Assembly (NCBI GenBank): GCA_951406725.2
Contig: OX597839.1
Span: 37,324,001 to 37,388,000 of the forward strand
Reading direction: 5' to 3'
Length of the DNA stretch: 64,000 nt
Source: Octopus vulgaris
Lineage: Eukaryota
Shown in pieces: positions 27,069 through 40,499 of this stretch (position 1 is the first letter of the stretch; each line of letters begins with the position of its first letter). The notes under the pieces were generated by a model. That model did not search any database. It was not told the origin of the DNA and saw only the letters and a program-made list of their open reading frames with translations. The translations under genes were made by a program, and so were the position numbers.

Positions 27069-28002
27069 TCCATAATAGTGCAGGAAAGGTTATAAACTGA
27101 GTCTATAACATTGCAGGGGAGATCAATAAGAAATGTCTTAATAATTAGTGCAAGAGAGATCATGTCTTTATAAATAATGCAGGGAGGTCGTAAGGAATGT
27201 CTCAATAAGAGTGCAGATCATAAGATGTGACCTGCACTAATAACAGTGCAGGTCATAAGATGTGTGCCTATAACAGTGCAAGAGAGGTCTTATAAAATAA
27301 TCCCCCCACCACCACCATCACCAGAATATTTCAGATCAACAAAAACAGTCAAAGGAAAACTGCTGAATTAAGTAAAGCAGCTTCCCTGGCTGACACACAG
27401 ACAGCAGCGCCACCATCCCCGACACTGTAATTGCTGGCAGTGGTGAGCGGTGTGTAGTAACAATACTCAGTTTCTTCTACCTACCACCAGGTGAATAGAT
27501 GTAATGGTAGGGAGCCGACTGTTACTACCACCACCACCACTGGGTGATGGTGAGAAAGATAGATAGACAGACAGACAGACCAAGGCTATCTTCATACATA
27601 CAGCTACTGTAGGTGTTTGGGTGTGAAGGCTGCATGCTTACTAGGCTACCACCCTTCCGCCTGCCCATCCACCCAGCTACTTATGACTAAGTTCAATGAC
27701 AAACAGAAAGGACATTAGTCATCCAATGCTGCTGTTGTTGTTGTTGTTGTTATTAAGTAGTTGTAAGCAACAGCACACACCTCAATACACTGCAGTGTGG
27801 TTGCTTTCACAAAACATTCATTCTACTGTAAACGTCCACCACCAACACCCACCCCTGCCAAATAAATTCTGCACCCTCTTCTCTTATCTTATCTTTCCTT
27901 TTAATTGTTTCACTCATTGGATGGTGGTGGCCATGCTGGTGCACCACATTGAAAGGTTTAGTTGAACAAACAGACCCCAGTACCATTTTTTTCTTTTTTT
28001 TT

Positions 28003-28201
28003 TTTACTCGTTTCAGTCATTTGACTGTGGCCATGCTGGAGCACCGCCTTTAATCGAGCAACTCGACCCCGGGACTTATTCTTTTGTAAGCCCAGTACTT
28101 ATTCTATCGGATTCTTTTGCTGAAACACTAAGTAACGGGGACATAAACGCACCAGCATTGGTTGTCAAGTAATGCTAGGGGGACAAACAAACACACACAC
28201 G

Positions 28202-28238
<37 letters not shown>

Positions 28239-28400
28239 GACGGGCTTGTTTCAGTTTCTGTCTACCAAATCCACTCACAAGGCATTGGTCGGCCCGAGGC
28301 TATAGTAGAAGACACTTGCCCAAGGTGCCATGCTGTGGGACTGAACCTGGAACCATGTGGTTGGTAAACAAGCTACTTACTACACAGCCACTCCTGCGCC
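28003..28400 (-). mobile_element. SINE family B
   Basis: Reverse-complement full-length copy. Confidence 0.85.
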
Positions 28401-29045
28401 TGTTTTTTTTTGGGGAGGGGGGTTTAATGTCTGGTACTGATTCTTTCAGAACTCATTTGCTGAACCACAAATTTACAGGGATGTAAACAAACCAACACAA
28501 GTTATCAAAAGTGTGGGGGGGGGGGCACAACAAACGCAAAGGCACACACAACACACATTTATACATATGGGCATCTTTCAGTTCCCATCTACCAAATCCA
28601 TTCATGGAACTGTGGTATAGTAGGAGACACTCACCTGAAACGTCACTCAGTGAGATCAAACCCGGAACAAAGCAGTTGGGTAGCAAGCTTCTTACGACAC
28701 AGCCACAAAATATATTTTTATGCTCAATTACCCTCACATCAAACTCTGCCCTAGAGCTGTTTGTGTGTGTGTACCTCTGTCACCCAACGAGTACACATAA
28801 TACTAGCTTTTTTCTCAGCAATGTCAATGGTATCTACACACACACACACACTTTATTTACTCATGTGGATTCCAACTAAAAAAGCCAAGGAGTGACACAC
28901 ATGAGTAAACATATTCTGTGTGTGTGTGTTTCTTTTTGTTTCAGCCATTAGACTGCAACCATGCTGAGGTGCAGCCTTGAAGAATTTTTTGTCAAATAAT
29001 TCATACACACACACATATATGTGTGTATGTGTGTGTGTGTATATA

Positions 29046-29260
29046 AGGCGGCGAGCTGGCAGAAACGTTAGCACGCCGGGCGAAATTTGTAGCCGTATTT
29101 CGTCTGTCGTTGCGTTCCGAGTTCAAACTTTGCCTTTCATCCTTTCGGAGTCGATAAATTAAGTACCAGTTACGCACTGGGGTCGATGTAATCGACTTAA
29201 TCCCTTTGTCTATCCTTGTTTGTCCCCTCTGTGTTTAGCCCCTTGTGGGTAATAAAGAAA
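29046..29260 (+). mobile_element. SINE family A
   Basis: Same head, B box and core as the other family A copies. Confidence 0.85.
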
Positions 29261-29288
29261 TATATATATATATATATATATATACACA

Positions 29289-29567
29289 CGTGGAGGCGCA
29301 ATGGCCTAGTGGTTAGGGCAGCGGACTCACGGTCATAGGATCGCGGTTTCGATTCCCAGACCGGGCGTTGTGAGTGTTTATTGAGCGAAAACACCTAAAG
29401 CTCCACGAGGCTCCGGCAGGGGGTGGTGGCAATCCCTGCTGTACTCTTTCTTCTGTTGGCCTGCTTGCTTAGCCAGCAGGGTGGCGTCATTGAAGGCTAA
29501 AACAATGGAAAGCGCATTGTGACCAGCGATGTGTAGCAACATCTGATAGCCTGGTCAGTCACGGTGA
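29289..29567 (+). mobile_element. SINE with a family C head and a different 3' tail
   Basis: Matches family C up to ...gtactctttc (~29450), then diverges. Confidence 0.75.
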
Positions 29568-30510
29568 TATATACACACACACACACACGTGGGCTAGTGC
29601 GGAGTAACACATTTAGATGTTGCTTAACTCTAATTCGGCCAAAGGACTATATTATCCAGTGTAGTCCCACAGATTACAATAGGGTCTGATTTGAGAAGAG
29701 GTTCTGCTTACTGGTCAAGTGACTACACAACTACCCACATTGACAACAAAGGCATCTAACTTATGTACCTCACAGTACTTTGACAAGTTTTCTGTAGGAG
29801 TTATTTCTCTTTGAAAGTGGAGGCTGTGTACATGGCCTCTGTGTGTGTGTGTGTGTGTGTGTGTATTTCATTCATTTCACACCCGTTTTTCCATACAGGC
29901 ATGGGTTAGATGAGGACTGATCTGCGGTAGTGTTTCATAATTGGATGCCCTTCTTTTCACCAGCTCATATATATATACACACCATCATCATCCTTTAAAG
30001 CCTGTTTTCCATGGTAGCAGAGGTTGGACAGTTTGACCAGAGCTAGCAATCTAGAGAGTTGCACCAGGTTCCAGGTTCCAGTCAGATTTGGTTTGATTTC
30101 TATGGCTGGATATCCTTCCAAGTGCCATCCACTTTACAGTGTGCCATGTGCTTCTAATGTGGCACCGGCATGGTTGTGTGTGTGTGTGTGTATAAAATAG
30201 CTTGCTTGGAAACAGGGGAGGGCTTTGAACTTAATTCTGTCTGACCCATGCAAGCATGGAAAAATGGACATAAAAAATGAGATATATTTCTTGAGTCGTA
30301 GAACACATAAGGATGGTTACCTAGTTTCCATAGGGTATCACTGGAACATTCCCTGAAAAGGACACCAGTTCATTGTTCTCTCTCTCTCTTTTATATCATC
30401 AACATCATCATCATCGTTTAACATCCGTTTTCCATGCTAGCATGGGTTGGATGGTCCGACCAGGGTCTGAGAAGCCAGGAGGCTGCACCAGGCTCCAGTC
30501 TGATCTGACA

Positions 30511-30569
<59 letters not shown>

Positions 30570-31871
30570 TATTCATACATATGCACACAAAAAAAATAAA
30601 ATAACACATGATCAGCATCTGTAATGAGCTGAAGATCAGGATGAGGAATTGCAAGCAATTTTGACAAAATTGCTAAAGATGCAATTCTTTCATTAACATT
30701 TCCTACACAAAAGTATCCAACTATACTTTTTAAGATCCAAGGGATGGGCACTGAAGAATCTTGGCACGGATCTTAAAGAAACTATCTTTAGTCACAAGAT
30801 GACGATAAGGGCAATTTAGCAAATACACACCCACACACATAACTGGGTGCATAAAACAAGAGAATGAGTACTCAATACTTGTGCAGCGTGTATTTAGTCA
30901 AAAGATAATAATTGGCTCTATTATCACTCATTCAGTCAGTATCTCTAAGCCATATTCCAAGTTTCTAAACTCTTTAAACAAATTCACACAATTTATTATT
31001 ATTTTTTTTTATTATTTATTTATTATTTTTTTTTTTGGCATTGCTGCCTGAAAGAATGTATGAAGCCAAAGGAAGGGAGAAAACTGAGCAGTGAATCACC
31101 TGCTTCGAATAGATGTTGTTTATCTTTTGTTTGTTTCAGTCATTAGACCGCAGCCATGCTGGAGCAACACCACGAAGGGTTTTAGTTGAATAAATCGAAC
31201 CTTGTACCCAATTTTAAAAGCCTGGTACTTAGTTTATCAGTTTCTTTTGTTGAGCCACTAAATTCCAGGGATGTAAACAAACTAACACCAGTTGTCAATG
31301 GACAAACACACACACACATATATACATTTATGACTGGTTTCTTGAAGTTTCCATCTACAAAATCCACTCAGAAAGCTTTGGTCAGCCAGAAGCTATAACA
31401 GAAGGTGCCACAGAGTGGAGCTGAACCCAGGATCATGTAATTAGAAAGCAAATATCCTATTACACAGCCATACCTGTGCATGTGTGTGTATAAGCAAAGA
31501 TATGGCTGCGTGGTAAGTAGCTTGGATCCCAACCACAAGCTTTTGGGTTCAAGTCCCACCAAACAGGACTTGGGGTAAGTGTCTTATAGCTCCAAGCTGA
31601 CCAAAGCTCTTCAGTGGGTTTAGAAGCAGAAACTGAAAGAAGCCCATCATATAGTATTTGTATGTGCACTTTCCTGAAAACCTCTGAGTTGCAAGCAATG
31701 ACGTTGCTGTTGTTTCCCTTAACAAATCATCTGCTGGCTTTGCACCTTCAAAAAGATATGGAGTAAAGATCCCTTATTTGGAAGGCTGGTTAGTGTTAGG
31801 AACAGGAAGAGCATTTAGCTGTAAAACAATGCCATAATATATTCAGCAAACCTATGCTTGCATGGAAAAAC

Positions 31872-31914
<43 letters not shown>

Positions 31915-31973
31915 TAATCATCATTTAATGTCCATGTTTGATGCTGGCATAGATGGGACTATGTGTGTGCATG

Positions 31974-32042
<69 letters not shown>

Positions 32043-32826
32043 ATATATATATAAACAGATATGGGTGGGTGGATAAAGGTTGTGTGTGTGTATGTATGTA
32101 TGTATGTATGTATGTGTATATATTTATATATATATATATACACACACACATACATACACACAACCTTTATCCACCCACCCTTATCTGTCTTTACACACTA
32201 TATTTCTTTCTCGTACCCCGAGGGCACGCCCTGACACCTCATCCCTGTCTTTATCTCTTTCCAGCCCCACTCCAATAAAGTGCAGGAAAGTCATGTATTT
32301 CCTCTGATGCAGCAAACCTGTTTTTTAACCTCTCAACAGTTCACATACGGCCACCGCCCTCTCAACTATACTCTCACCCAGTTGAGAAGGTTCTCCAGTA
32401 TTACAAGTGACATGGTTTGGGCCCTTCCATTGTGACACAAAAGCTGCCTCTACCTAACACCAACCTCCAGTGTACACAACATAACTCCCACACAACAGCA
32501 TCAGCTTCGTTAAGTTGGATGTTTCTATCATCCTCAATGCCCAGTCTTGCTGCATTGTTCATCCTTTCTCTCTCTCTCTGAGACCCCTGCCAAAATAAAT
32601 ATCACTTATGAAGTGGTTTGTGTTAGGAACGACATCCATCTCTACAAACCATGTCAAAATTAAAACTAAAACAATGGAGCAAGATGTGGTCCTCCACCTC
32701 ATTGGATTCAGTTAAACTATCCGACTCATGCCAGCATGGAAAGCCAGTATAATGATGTTACACATAGTAAACATAATTACATGCTCTACTCCTTGACACC
32801 CATGTAAAATACTAAAATGTTCAATA

Positions 32827-33335
32827 ATAGGCACAGGAGCGACTGCGTGGTAAGTTATAGGCGCAGGAGCAGCTGCATGGTAAGTTATAGGCGCAGGAGT
32901 GGCTGTGTGGTAAGTTATAGGCACAGGAGTGGCTGTGTGGTAAGTTATAGGCACAGGAGTGGCTGCATGCTAAGTTATAGGCATAGGAGTGGCTGTGTGG
33001 TAAGTTATAGGCACAGGAGTGGCTGCATGCTAAGTTATAGGCATAGGAGTGGCTGTGTGGTAAGTTATAGGCATAGGAGTGGCTGTGTGGTAAGTTATAG
33101 GCACAGGAGTGGCTGCATGGTACGTTATAGGCACAGGAGTGGCTGTGTGATAAGTTATAGGCATAGGATGGGCTGTGTGGTAAGTTATAGGCACAGGAGT
33201 GGCTGCATGGTACGTTATAGGCACAGGAGTGGCTGTGTGGTAAGTTATAGGCATAGGAGTGGCTGTGTGGTAAGTTATAGGCACAGGAGTGGCTGCATGG
33301 TACGTTATAGGCACAGGAGTGGCTGTGTGGTAAGT
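32827..33335 (+). repeat. 30-bp minisatellite (~17 copies) made from a SINE 5' end
   Basis: Unit taagttataggcacaggagtggctgtgtgg. The last copy runs into the body of a family B SINE. Confidence 0.97.
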
Positions 33336-33670
33336 AGCTTCCTTACCAACCATATGGTTCTGGTTTCAGTCCCACTGCATGGGACCTTGGGCAAGTGTCT
33401 TCTAGTATAGCCTCGGGCCAGCCAAAGCCTTTGAGTGGATTTGGTACGGATGGAAACCAGTCATATATATATATGTATGCGTTTTTAGCCCCCCCCCCCA
33501 TCATCGTTTGACAACCGATGCTGATGTGTTTACATCCCAGTAACTTAGCAGTTCAACAAAAAAGACCTATAGAATAAGTACCAGGCTTACAAAGACTAAA
33601 TCCTGGGGTCGATTTGCTCGACTAAAGGCAGCACTCCAGCATAGGCCACAGTCAAATGACAGAAAGAATA
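33309..33670 (+). mobile_element. SINE family B whose head seeds the 30-bp minisatellite
   Basis: Continuous with the last minisatellite unit. Confidence 0.85.
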
Positions 33671-34096
33671 AAAGAATAAACATTTGCAGAATGTATATAA
33701 TCGTCTTTATTGCCAGCAGTAAACTTCCATATCTGCATAGGCAGGTGCACCCACTAAGCAAATTTTGTTTCCACACTTATCAATATCCAAGAGTTTAAAC
33801 AGCATTTGCAAAAAGTAAAACATGCCCAGGTTTTGCCTCAATTGCTTTGAAAGGCACTTAACATACACATACACTTGAAATTAGCACCACAGAACATATC
33901 GCAAGAAACCATCCTCACAAACTGACTACCAGAATATAACTTTAATTAGGAAATTATTCACTATGTACAAGTTATACATTTCTCTCTATCTCTCTATCTG
34001 CATGTAAGTATGTATGAGCATACATATATATTCTTTTATTCATTTCAGTTATGCAGCTGCAGACATGCTGGAGCACCACCGTTGAAATATATATAT

Positions 34097-34421
34097 ATTG
34101 GTACCTGTGCTGGTGGCAGGTGAAAAAAATACATTCAAGCAAGGTCATTGCCAGTGCCGCTGGACTGGCTCCTGTGCAGGTGGCACGTAAAAAACACCAT
34201 TTGAGCACAGCCGTTGCTTGTACCGCCTGACTGGCTCTCATGCCGGTGGCACGTAAAAGCACCCACTACACACTCGGAGTGGTTGGCATTAGGAAAGGCA
34301 TCCAGCTGTAGAAACTCTGCCAGATCAGATTGGAGCCTGGTGCAGCCATCTGGTTCGCCAGTCCTCAGTCAAACCGTCCAACCCATGCTAGCATGGAAAG
34401 CGGACGTTAAACGATGATGAT
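34097..34421 (+). mobile_element. SINE family D
   Basis: Three internal modules plus tail. Confidence 0.85.
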
Positions 34422-34447
34422 ATATATATATATATATATATATATGC

Positions 34448-34533
<86 letters not shown>

Positions 34534-34628
34534 GTTGAACAGTTTAAGATCTGACAAATCCAAGGATTGCATCATGTTCTACTTTGGAATGGCCTTGCTA
34601 ACACCAACCATTTTCAGTAATGTACTGG

Positions 34629-34723
<95 letters not shown>

Positions 34724-34746
34724 TTATATATATGTGTGTGTGTATA

Positions 34747-34787
<41 letters not shown>

Positions 34788-36118
34788 CCATTCCTCTACC
34801 TACACACACACACATGGGTGTAATAACATCACTCCAACCTTACTACACTATACTAAAATCGAAACACCTGCTATATGTAATATCTTTCGAAACAGCTGTA
34901 ACATGATACGGGCTGTAAATACTGACAATCAATATCAACCACAAAAATATACACGCCTCCCATAAAAGTAACATTCCTCCATGTTGTGCATGATAAAATA
35001 ACAAAAGAATTTGGACATCGATACATTTCCCATTGTTACTAAAGACAATCGTTTGTGCAGGAGTGTGTGTCATTGTTTTCATAAATGCATTTTCTTTGCA
35101 AACTTTGGGTTGAATGACATTTCTTGAGGAAGTACTCAATGGTAGAATGCCCCTCCTGACACCAATGTAACTTGCTTTATTCCATTGCTTCACACATCAA
35201 GCTGCCACCAGACGTTTATTGAAGGCACTGGTACTATGCAGTGAGACAGAACATGAAACCATGAGGTTGGAAAGCAAACCACTTAGTCATACAGTTTGCC
35301 TGCACAAATGTACCTACCTACATACACAATACATACACACACACACACACATGCGCATCCTATGCAGGCATGGGTTGAACAGTTTAAGATCTGACAAATC
35401 CAAGGACTGCATCATGTTCTACTTTGGAATGGACTTGCTAACACCAACCATTTTCAGCAATGTACTGGGTGCTATTTTTTGTCACCATGCAGCTTGCCAA
35501 GACTACAAATCCCATGAGCAACACCTTTACACAAGGATGTGAAGGGCAAAATTATGGGAGAAGGATCCAAAGCACAACAGTTTTCTTGCTGTAAAGAAGC
35601 TGATGACATGGTTTCAGGTTTAATCCTACTGCACAGAACCTTGGGAAAGGGGAAAGCACCTTCTACTGTAGCCTTGTGTCAACCCTAACCCTTGTGAGTG
35701 ACTGTGATAGACAAACTTCCTGAAGCTTGTCTATGTATAGACACTACCATTGTTTTAATGTATACTTCTCCATGCTTGCAGGAGTCACAAAATTTGTCAA
35801 GGTAGATTTTCTATGTAGCTGGACGTACTTCCTGCCACCAACCCTCACCGATTTCCAAATAAACTATTATTTCTCCTAGTCCTTTGAACATGACAGCACA
35901 ATGGCCAGACATGTTTTCATGGAAGATTGCAAATGAATGACACTGAGTGTATGATGGTGAAATTCATCAACAACTCATACACAGATTTTTCAGCTTTCAC
36001 CCACCAAATCCATGTGAGGATTTTGTCAGCTCCTAGCTATAGAAGACACACACCCACAGTGCTACTACACAGTGGAACTAAACCAGAAACAACACATCTG
36101 CAAAACAAACATCTCAAC

Positions 36119-36150
<32 letters not shown>

Positions 36151-37017
36151 TGAACGTCAACATTCTGCACTGAGTTATAAGCAATGAAGTTTGTTTGTCA
36201 TTTCCTGTCAACCAATCATGTGCTATCTTCAGCACTTTCAAAGATGTGAAATAAAATAATCCCTTAACAGAAAAAAAAAAAAACAGGTAAAGATTAGCAA
36301 CAGATGTGCATCCAGCTTTAATATAGTGCTTCCAGAATACATTCACCCAAATTCTCCTAACCCATGCCAGCATGAAAAAGAAAACGTGTAACAAGCAAAT
36401 GAAAGTTGCACAAAGACACACAATATACATACACACACATTACACACACATCATCATTTAACGTTTGTTTTCCATGCTGGAATGGGATGGCTACTTTGAC
36501 AGGAGCCAGTAAGGCTCCTTGGGTGTTTTTTTTTAGGTAGCACCAGGCATCTGAGTCCTATAATCACTGTAAATGAAGTCTACATAATGTTACTCCAGAC
36601 ATTTGTTTCACCATCACCACCATCACCATTGAATGTCTGTTATCCAAGCTGCCATGTGAGTATTTATAGGCCAGTGTTATTGAAGACATCACTTGAGTAT
36701 ACAACCAATCACAGTATATCATATACAGGCCACAAATTTACAGAATCTAGCTGATGTCTACTTAAACAATGAAAGGTAAAGATGACCACAGTGAAATTTT
36801 CAACAGGGTATAAAGGGACATCAGTGCACGTGTCCATGTGCTTAAGAAGTTCACTTCCCAACCACATAGGTATGGGTTCAGTCCCACTGTATGGCACATT
36901 GAGCAAGTGTCTTCTTCTATAGCCTCAGGTCGACTAAAGTCTTGAGAATGGAAACTGAAAAAAGCCCAATGAATATATGGTAGGTATCCCCACCTTCCAT
37001 CCTTGTATTTGAAATCA

Positions 37018-37198
37018 CATCATCATCATCAAACGTCCATTTTCCGCGCTAGCACGGGTTGGACGGTTCAACCGGGGTCTGGGAAGCCAGGGGCTGCACC
37101 AGGCTCCAGTCTGATCTGGCAGAGTTTCTACAGCTGGATGCCCTTCCTAACGCCAACCACTCCGCGAGTGTAGTGGGTGCTTTTTACGTGCTACCTGC
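37018..37198 (-). mobile_element. SINE family D, 5'-truncated
   Basis: Tail and one module. Confidence 0.8.
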
Positions 37199-37954
37199 AA
37201 TCCCTATATTTATAAACAAGCATTACTGTCAAACAAGCAGTGTCCTTTGTTTTCAATCATCCGTGAAAACAGATCTGGCCATGAGGAAATATTACTTCAC
37301 CACCTCTGAAACTGTAATCATAACTCTTTCATTTAGGATATTTCATGTATTTATTAAAAATCAATTACATACTCAATGGACAGTTGTGTGTACATGTATT
37401 AATATACGAGTGAATGAAAGCTTCCCTATCTATATATATAAATGTATATATACCAAGTGTATGAATGTATGTATCATCAATCATTTTAATGACCCCTTTT
37501 TCATCTTTACAGAGAAAATTCTTCGTGGCAGAGTTTACTATGATCAGATGCCCTTCCTGTCATCACCTCTCACCTGTCTCCAAGCAAGACAATATTTCTC
37601 CCCATGGCTGGATATGAGGTTTTCACAGAAGATTCGACACAAAGGACATAGCTTGCATGACAGGGATGTGCATTTACAACTACAGAGTGATGTCAAGACA
37701 AGACAAATACAAACAAGCACACATACACACAACCTTCTTTCAACTCCAATCTACTCAAAAGGCTATATACACACACAAACACACGTGTGAAGTTGTGTGA
37801 GTGTGCATGAGTGTAGAAATAGAAGGCTTAGTCACTCATTTTATTACCACCACCCTGTACTTTGACTGCTCTTAATGAGGTCCACTCCCAAGCATCACGT
37901 TCAGGTCATTTCTCTAATCTGAGGATAACTTCTACACATCATTATGGGCGTATG

Positions 37955-39586
37955 TGTAGCATTGCTTCTAAAGCACATGGTCCCAAGTTCAGTTCCACTG
38001 CGTGGCACCTGGTCCAAGTGTCTTCTGTTATAGCCTCAGGTTGACCAAAATCTTGTAAGTAGATTTGGTAGATGGAAACTGAAAGACTGTTGTAGCATTG
38101 CTTCTCAAGCACATGGTCCCAAGTTCAGTTCCACTGCGTGGCACCTTGTCCAAGTGTCTTCTGTTATTGCCCCAGGTTGACCAAAACCTTGTAAGTAGAT
38201 TTGGTAGATGGAAACTGAAAGACTGTTGTAGCATTGCTTCTCAAGCACATGGTCCCAAGTTCAGTTCCACTGAGTGGCACCTGGTCCAAGTGTCTTCTGT
38301 TATAGCCCCAAGTTGACCAAAACCTTGTGAGTGGATTTGGTAGATGGAAACTGAAAGACTGTTGTAGCATTGCTTCTCAAGCACATGGTCCCAAGTTCAG
38401 TTCCACTGCGTGGCACCTTGTCCAAGTGTCTTCTGTTATTGCCCCAGGTTGACCAAAACCTTGTAAGTAGATTTGGTAGATGGAAACTGAAAGACTGTTG
38501 TAGCATTGCTTCTCAAGCACATGGTCCCAAGTTCAGTTCCACTGCGTGGCACCTGGTCCAAGTGTCTTCTGTTATAGCCCCAAGTTGACCAAAACCTTGT
38601 GAGTGGATTTGGTAGATGGAAACTGAAAGACTGTTGTAGCATTGCTTCTCAAGCACATGGTCCCAAGTTCAGTTCCACTGCGTGGCACCTGGTCCAAGTG
38701 TCTTCTGTTATAGTCCCAGGTTGACCAAAACCTTGTAAGTAGATTTGGTAGATGGAAACTGAAAGACTGTTGTAGCATTGCTTCTCAAGCACATGGTCCC
38801 AAGTTCAGTTCCACTGCATGGCACCTGGTCCAAGTGTCTTCTGTTATAGCCCCAAGTTGACCAAAACCTTGTGAGTGGATTTGGTAGATGGAAACTGAAA
38901 GACTGTTGTAGCATTGCTTCTCAAGCACATGGTCCCAAGTTCAGTTCCACTGCATGGCACCTGGTCCAAGTGTCTTCTGTTATAGCCCCAAGTTGACCAA
39001 AACCTTGTGAGTGGATTTGGTAGATGGAAACTGAAAGACTGTTGTAGCATTGCTTCTCAAGCACATGGTCCCAAGTTCAGTTCCACTGCATGGCACCTGG
39101 TCCAAGTGTCTTCTGTTATAGCCCCAAGTTGACCAAAACCTTGTGAGTGGATTTGGTAGATGGAAACTGAAAGACTGTTGTAGCATTGCTTCTCAAGCAC
39201 ATGGTCCCAAGTTCAGTTCCACTGCATGGCACCTGGTCCAAGTGTCTTCTGTTATAGCCCCAAGTTGACCAAAACCTTGTGAGTGGATTTGGTAGATGGA
39301 AACTGAAAGACTGTTGTAGCATTGCTTCTCAAGCACATGGTCCCAAGTTCAGTTCCACTGCATGGCACCTGGTCCAAGTGTCTTCTGTTATAGCCCCAAG
39401 TTGACCAAAACCTTGTGAGTGGATTTGGTAGATGGAAACTGAAAGACTGTTGTAGCATTGCTTCTCAAGCACATGGTCCCAAGTTCAGTTCCACTGCATG
39501 GCACCTGGTCCAAGTGTCTTCTGTTATAGCCCCAAGTTGACCAAAACCTTGTGAGTGGATTTGGTAGATGGAAACTGAAAGACTGT
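37955..39586 (+). repeat. 136-bp tandem satellite, 12 copies, derived from the 5' half of a family B SINE
   Basis: Unit contains gttcagttccactgcgtggcacc..caagtgtcttct..gtgagtggatttggtagatggaaactgaaag, homologous to the SINE copies at 2741 and 24055. Confidence 0.97.
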
Positions 39587-40337
39587 TGTATGTGTGTGTG
39601 TGCTTGCGTGTGTATGCATTCGTGTCTTTTTCTTGACATCACATGATCGTTGCAAATGACTGTCATACAAGCAGTGTCATTATTTCTAATGTATGTCTGG
39701 CCCATGGAGAAATATTACCTTGCTTGGAAACAGGTGTGGGTTGGCAAAACCTACTTCAATGAATTACATCCAATCCACTCAAGCATAGAAAACTGAACAT
39801 CAGAATGATTTTGTGTGTCTGTATATATGTGTATATATTTATTATGAACTCTCCCCTTGTTAGATGACAATTCTGTAATTTCTTGCTAAACAACCCCACA
39901 GGTGATTTGCTTATAGTGAGTAAATGCTTGAGTTCACATAATCTCGTTCCCTCCATCAAATCAACATTGCCTGTACAGGTGCACAAATGTGCCACATGTC
40001 AGATGTTGAAATGATCATAGAACAACATGAAATGAAGTGTTTTGCTCAGGAATACAATGCGCTGCTTGGTTTGGGAGTCAGAACCATGATTTAATTATCA
40101 GGAGTACAACACCCTAACCATTAGGCTGGAGAGAGTAAAACCTAAATTAAAGTGATCTTCACAATAAAGTGTCATACCATTAATAAATGATCTGTTATTT
40201 TTAAATCTGCTTGCACACACACACATCATCATAATCAATTAACATCCATTGTCCATGCTGGCATGGGTCGGACAGTTTGACCAGAGCCAGTAAGCTGCAC
40301 CAGACTCTAGTCTGATTTGGCACGGTTCTCTATGAAA

Positions 40338-40380
<43 letters not shown>

Positions 40381-40499
40381 AAGTAAGATAGGGGTTATGG
40401 GTGTAACCCACTATGGGATAGTATTTATCCAATATACTGTATATATATATATATATATATACATACACACATTTCTGCTCTGTACTTTCCTAAGTTACC

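Noticed and set aside
32817-33410. 197-aa YRHRSGCVVS repeat ORF and its antisense PITYHTATP ORF
   Set aside because: Translation of a 30-bp SINE-head minisatellite.
34843-35193. 116-aa minus-strand ORF in unique-looking sequence
   Set aside because: No recognisable motif or supporting splice structure.
37059-37790. 243-aa plus-strand ORF
   Set aside because: Starts inside SINE D and runs through repeat remnants. No recognisable domain.
25015-39586. Tandem arrays as CRISPR-like loci
   Set aside because: Units are contiguous with no unique spacers, there are no cas genes, the context is eukaryotic, and two arrays are SINE-derived.
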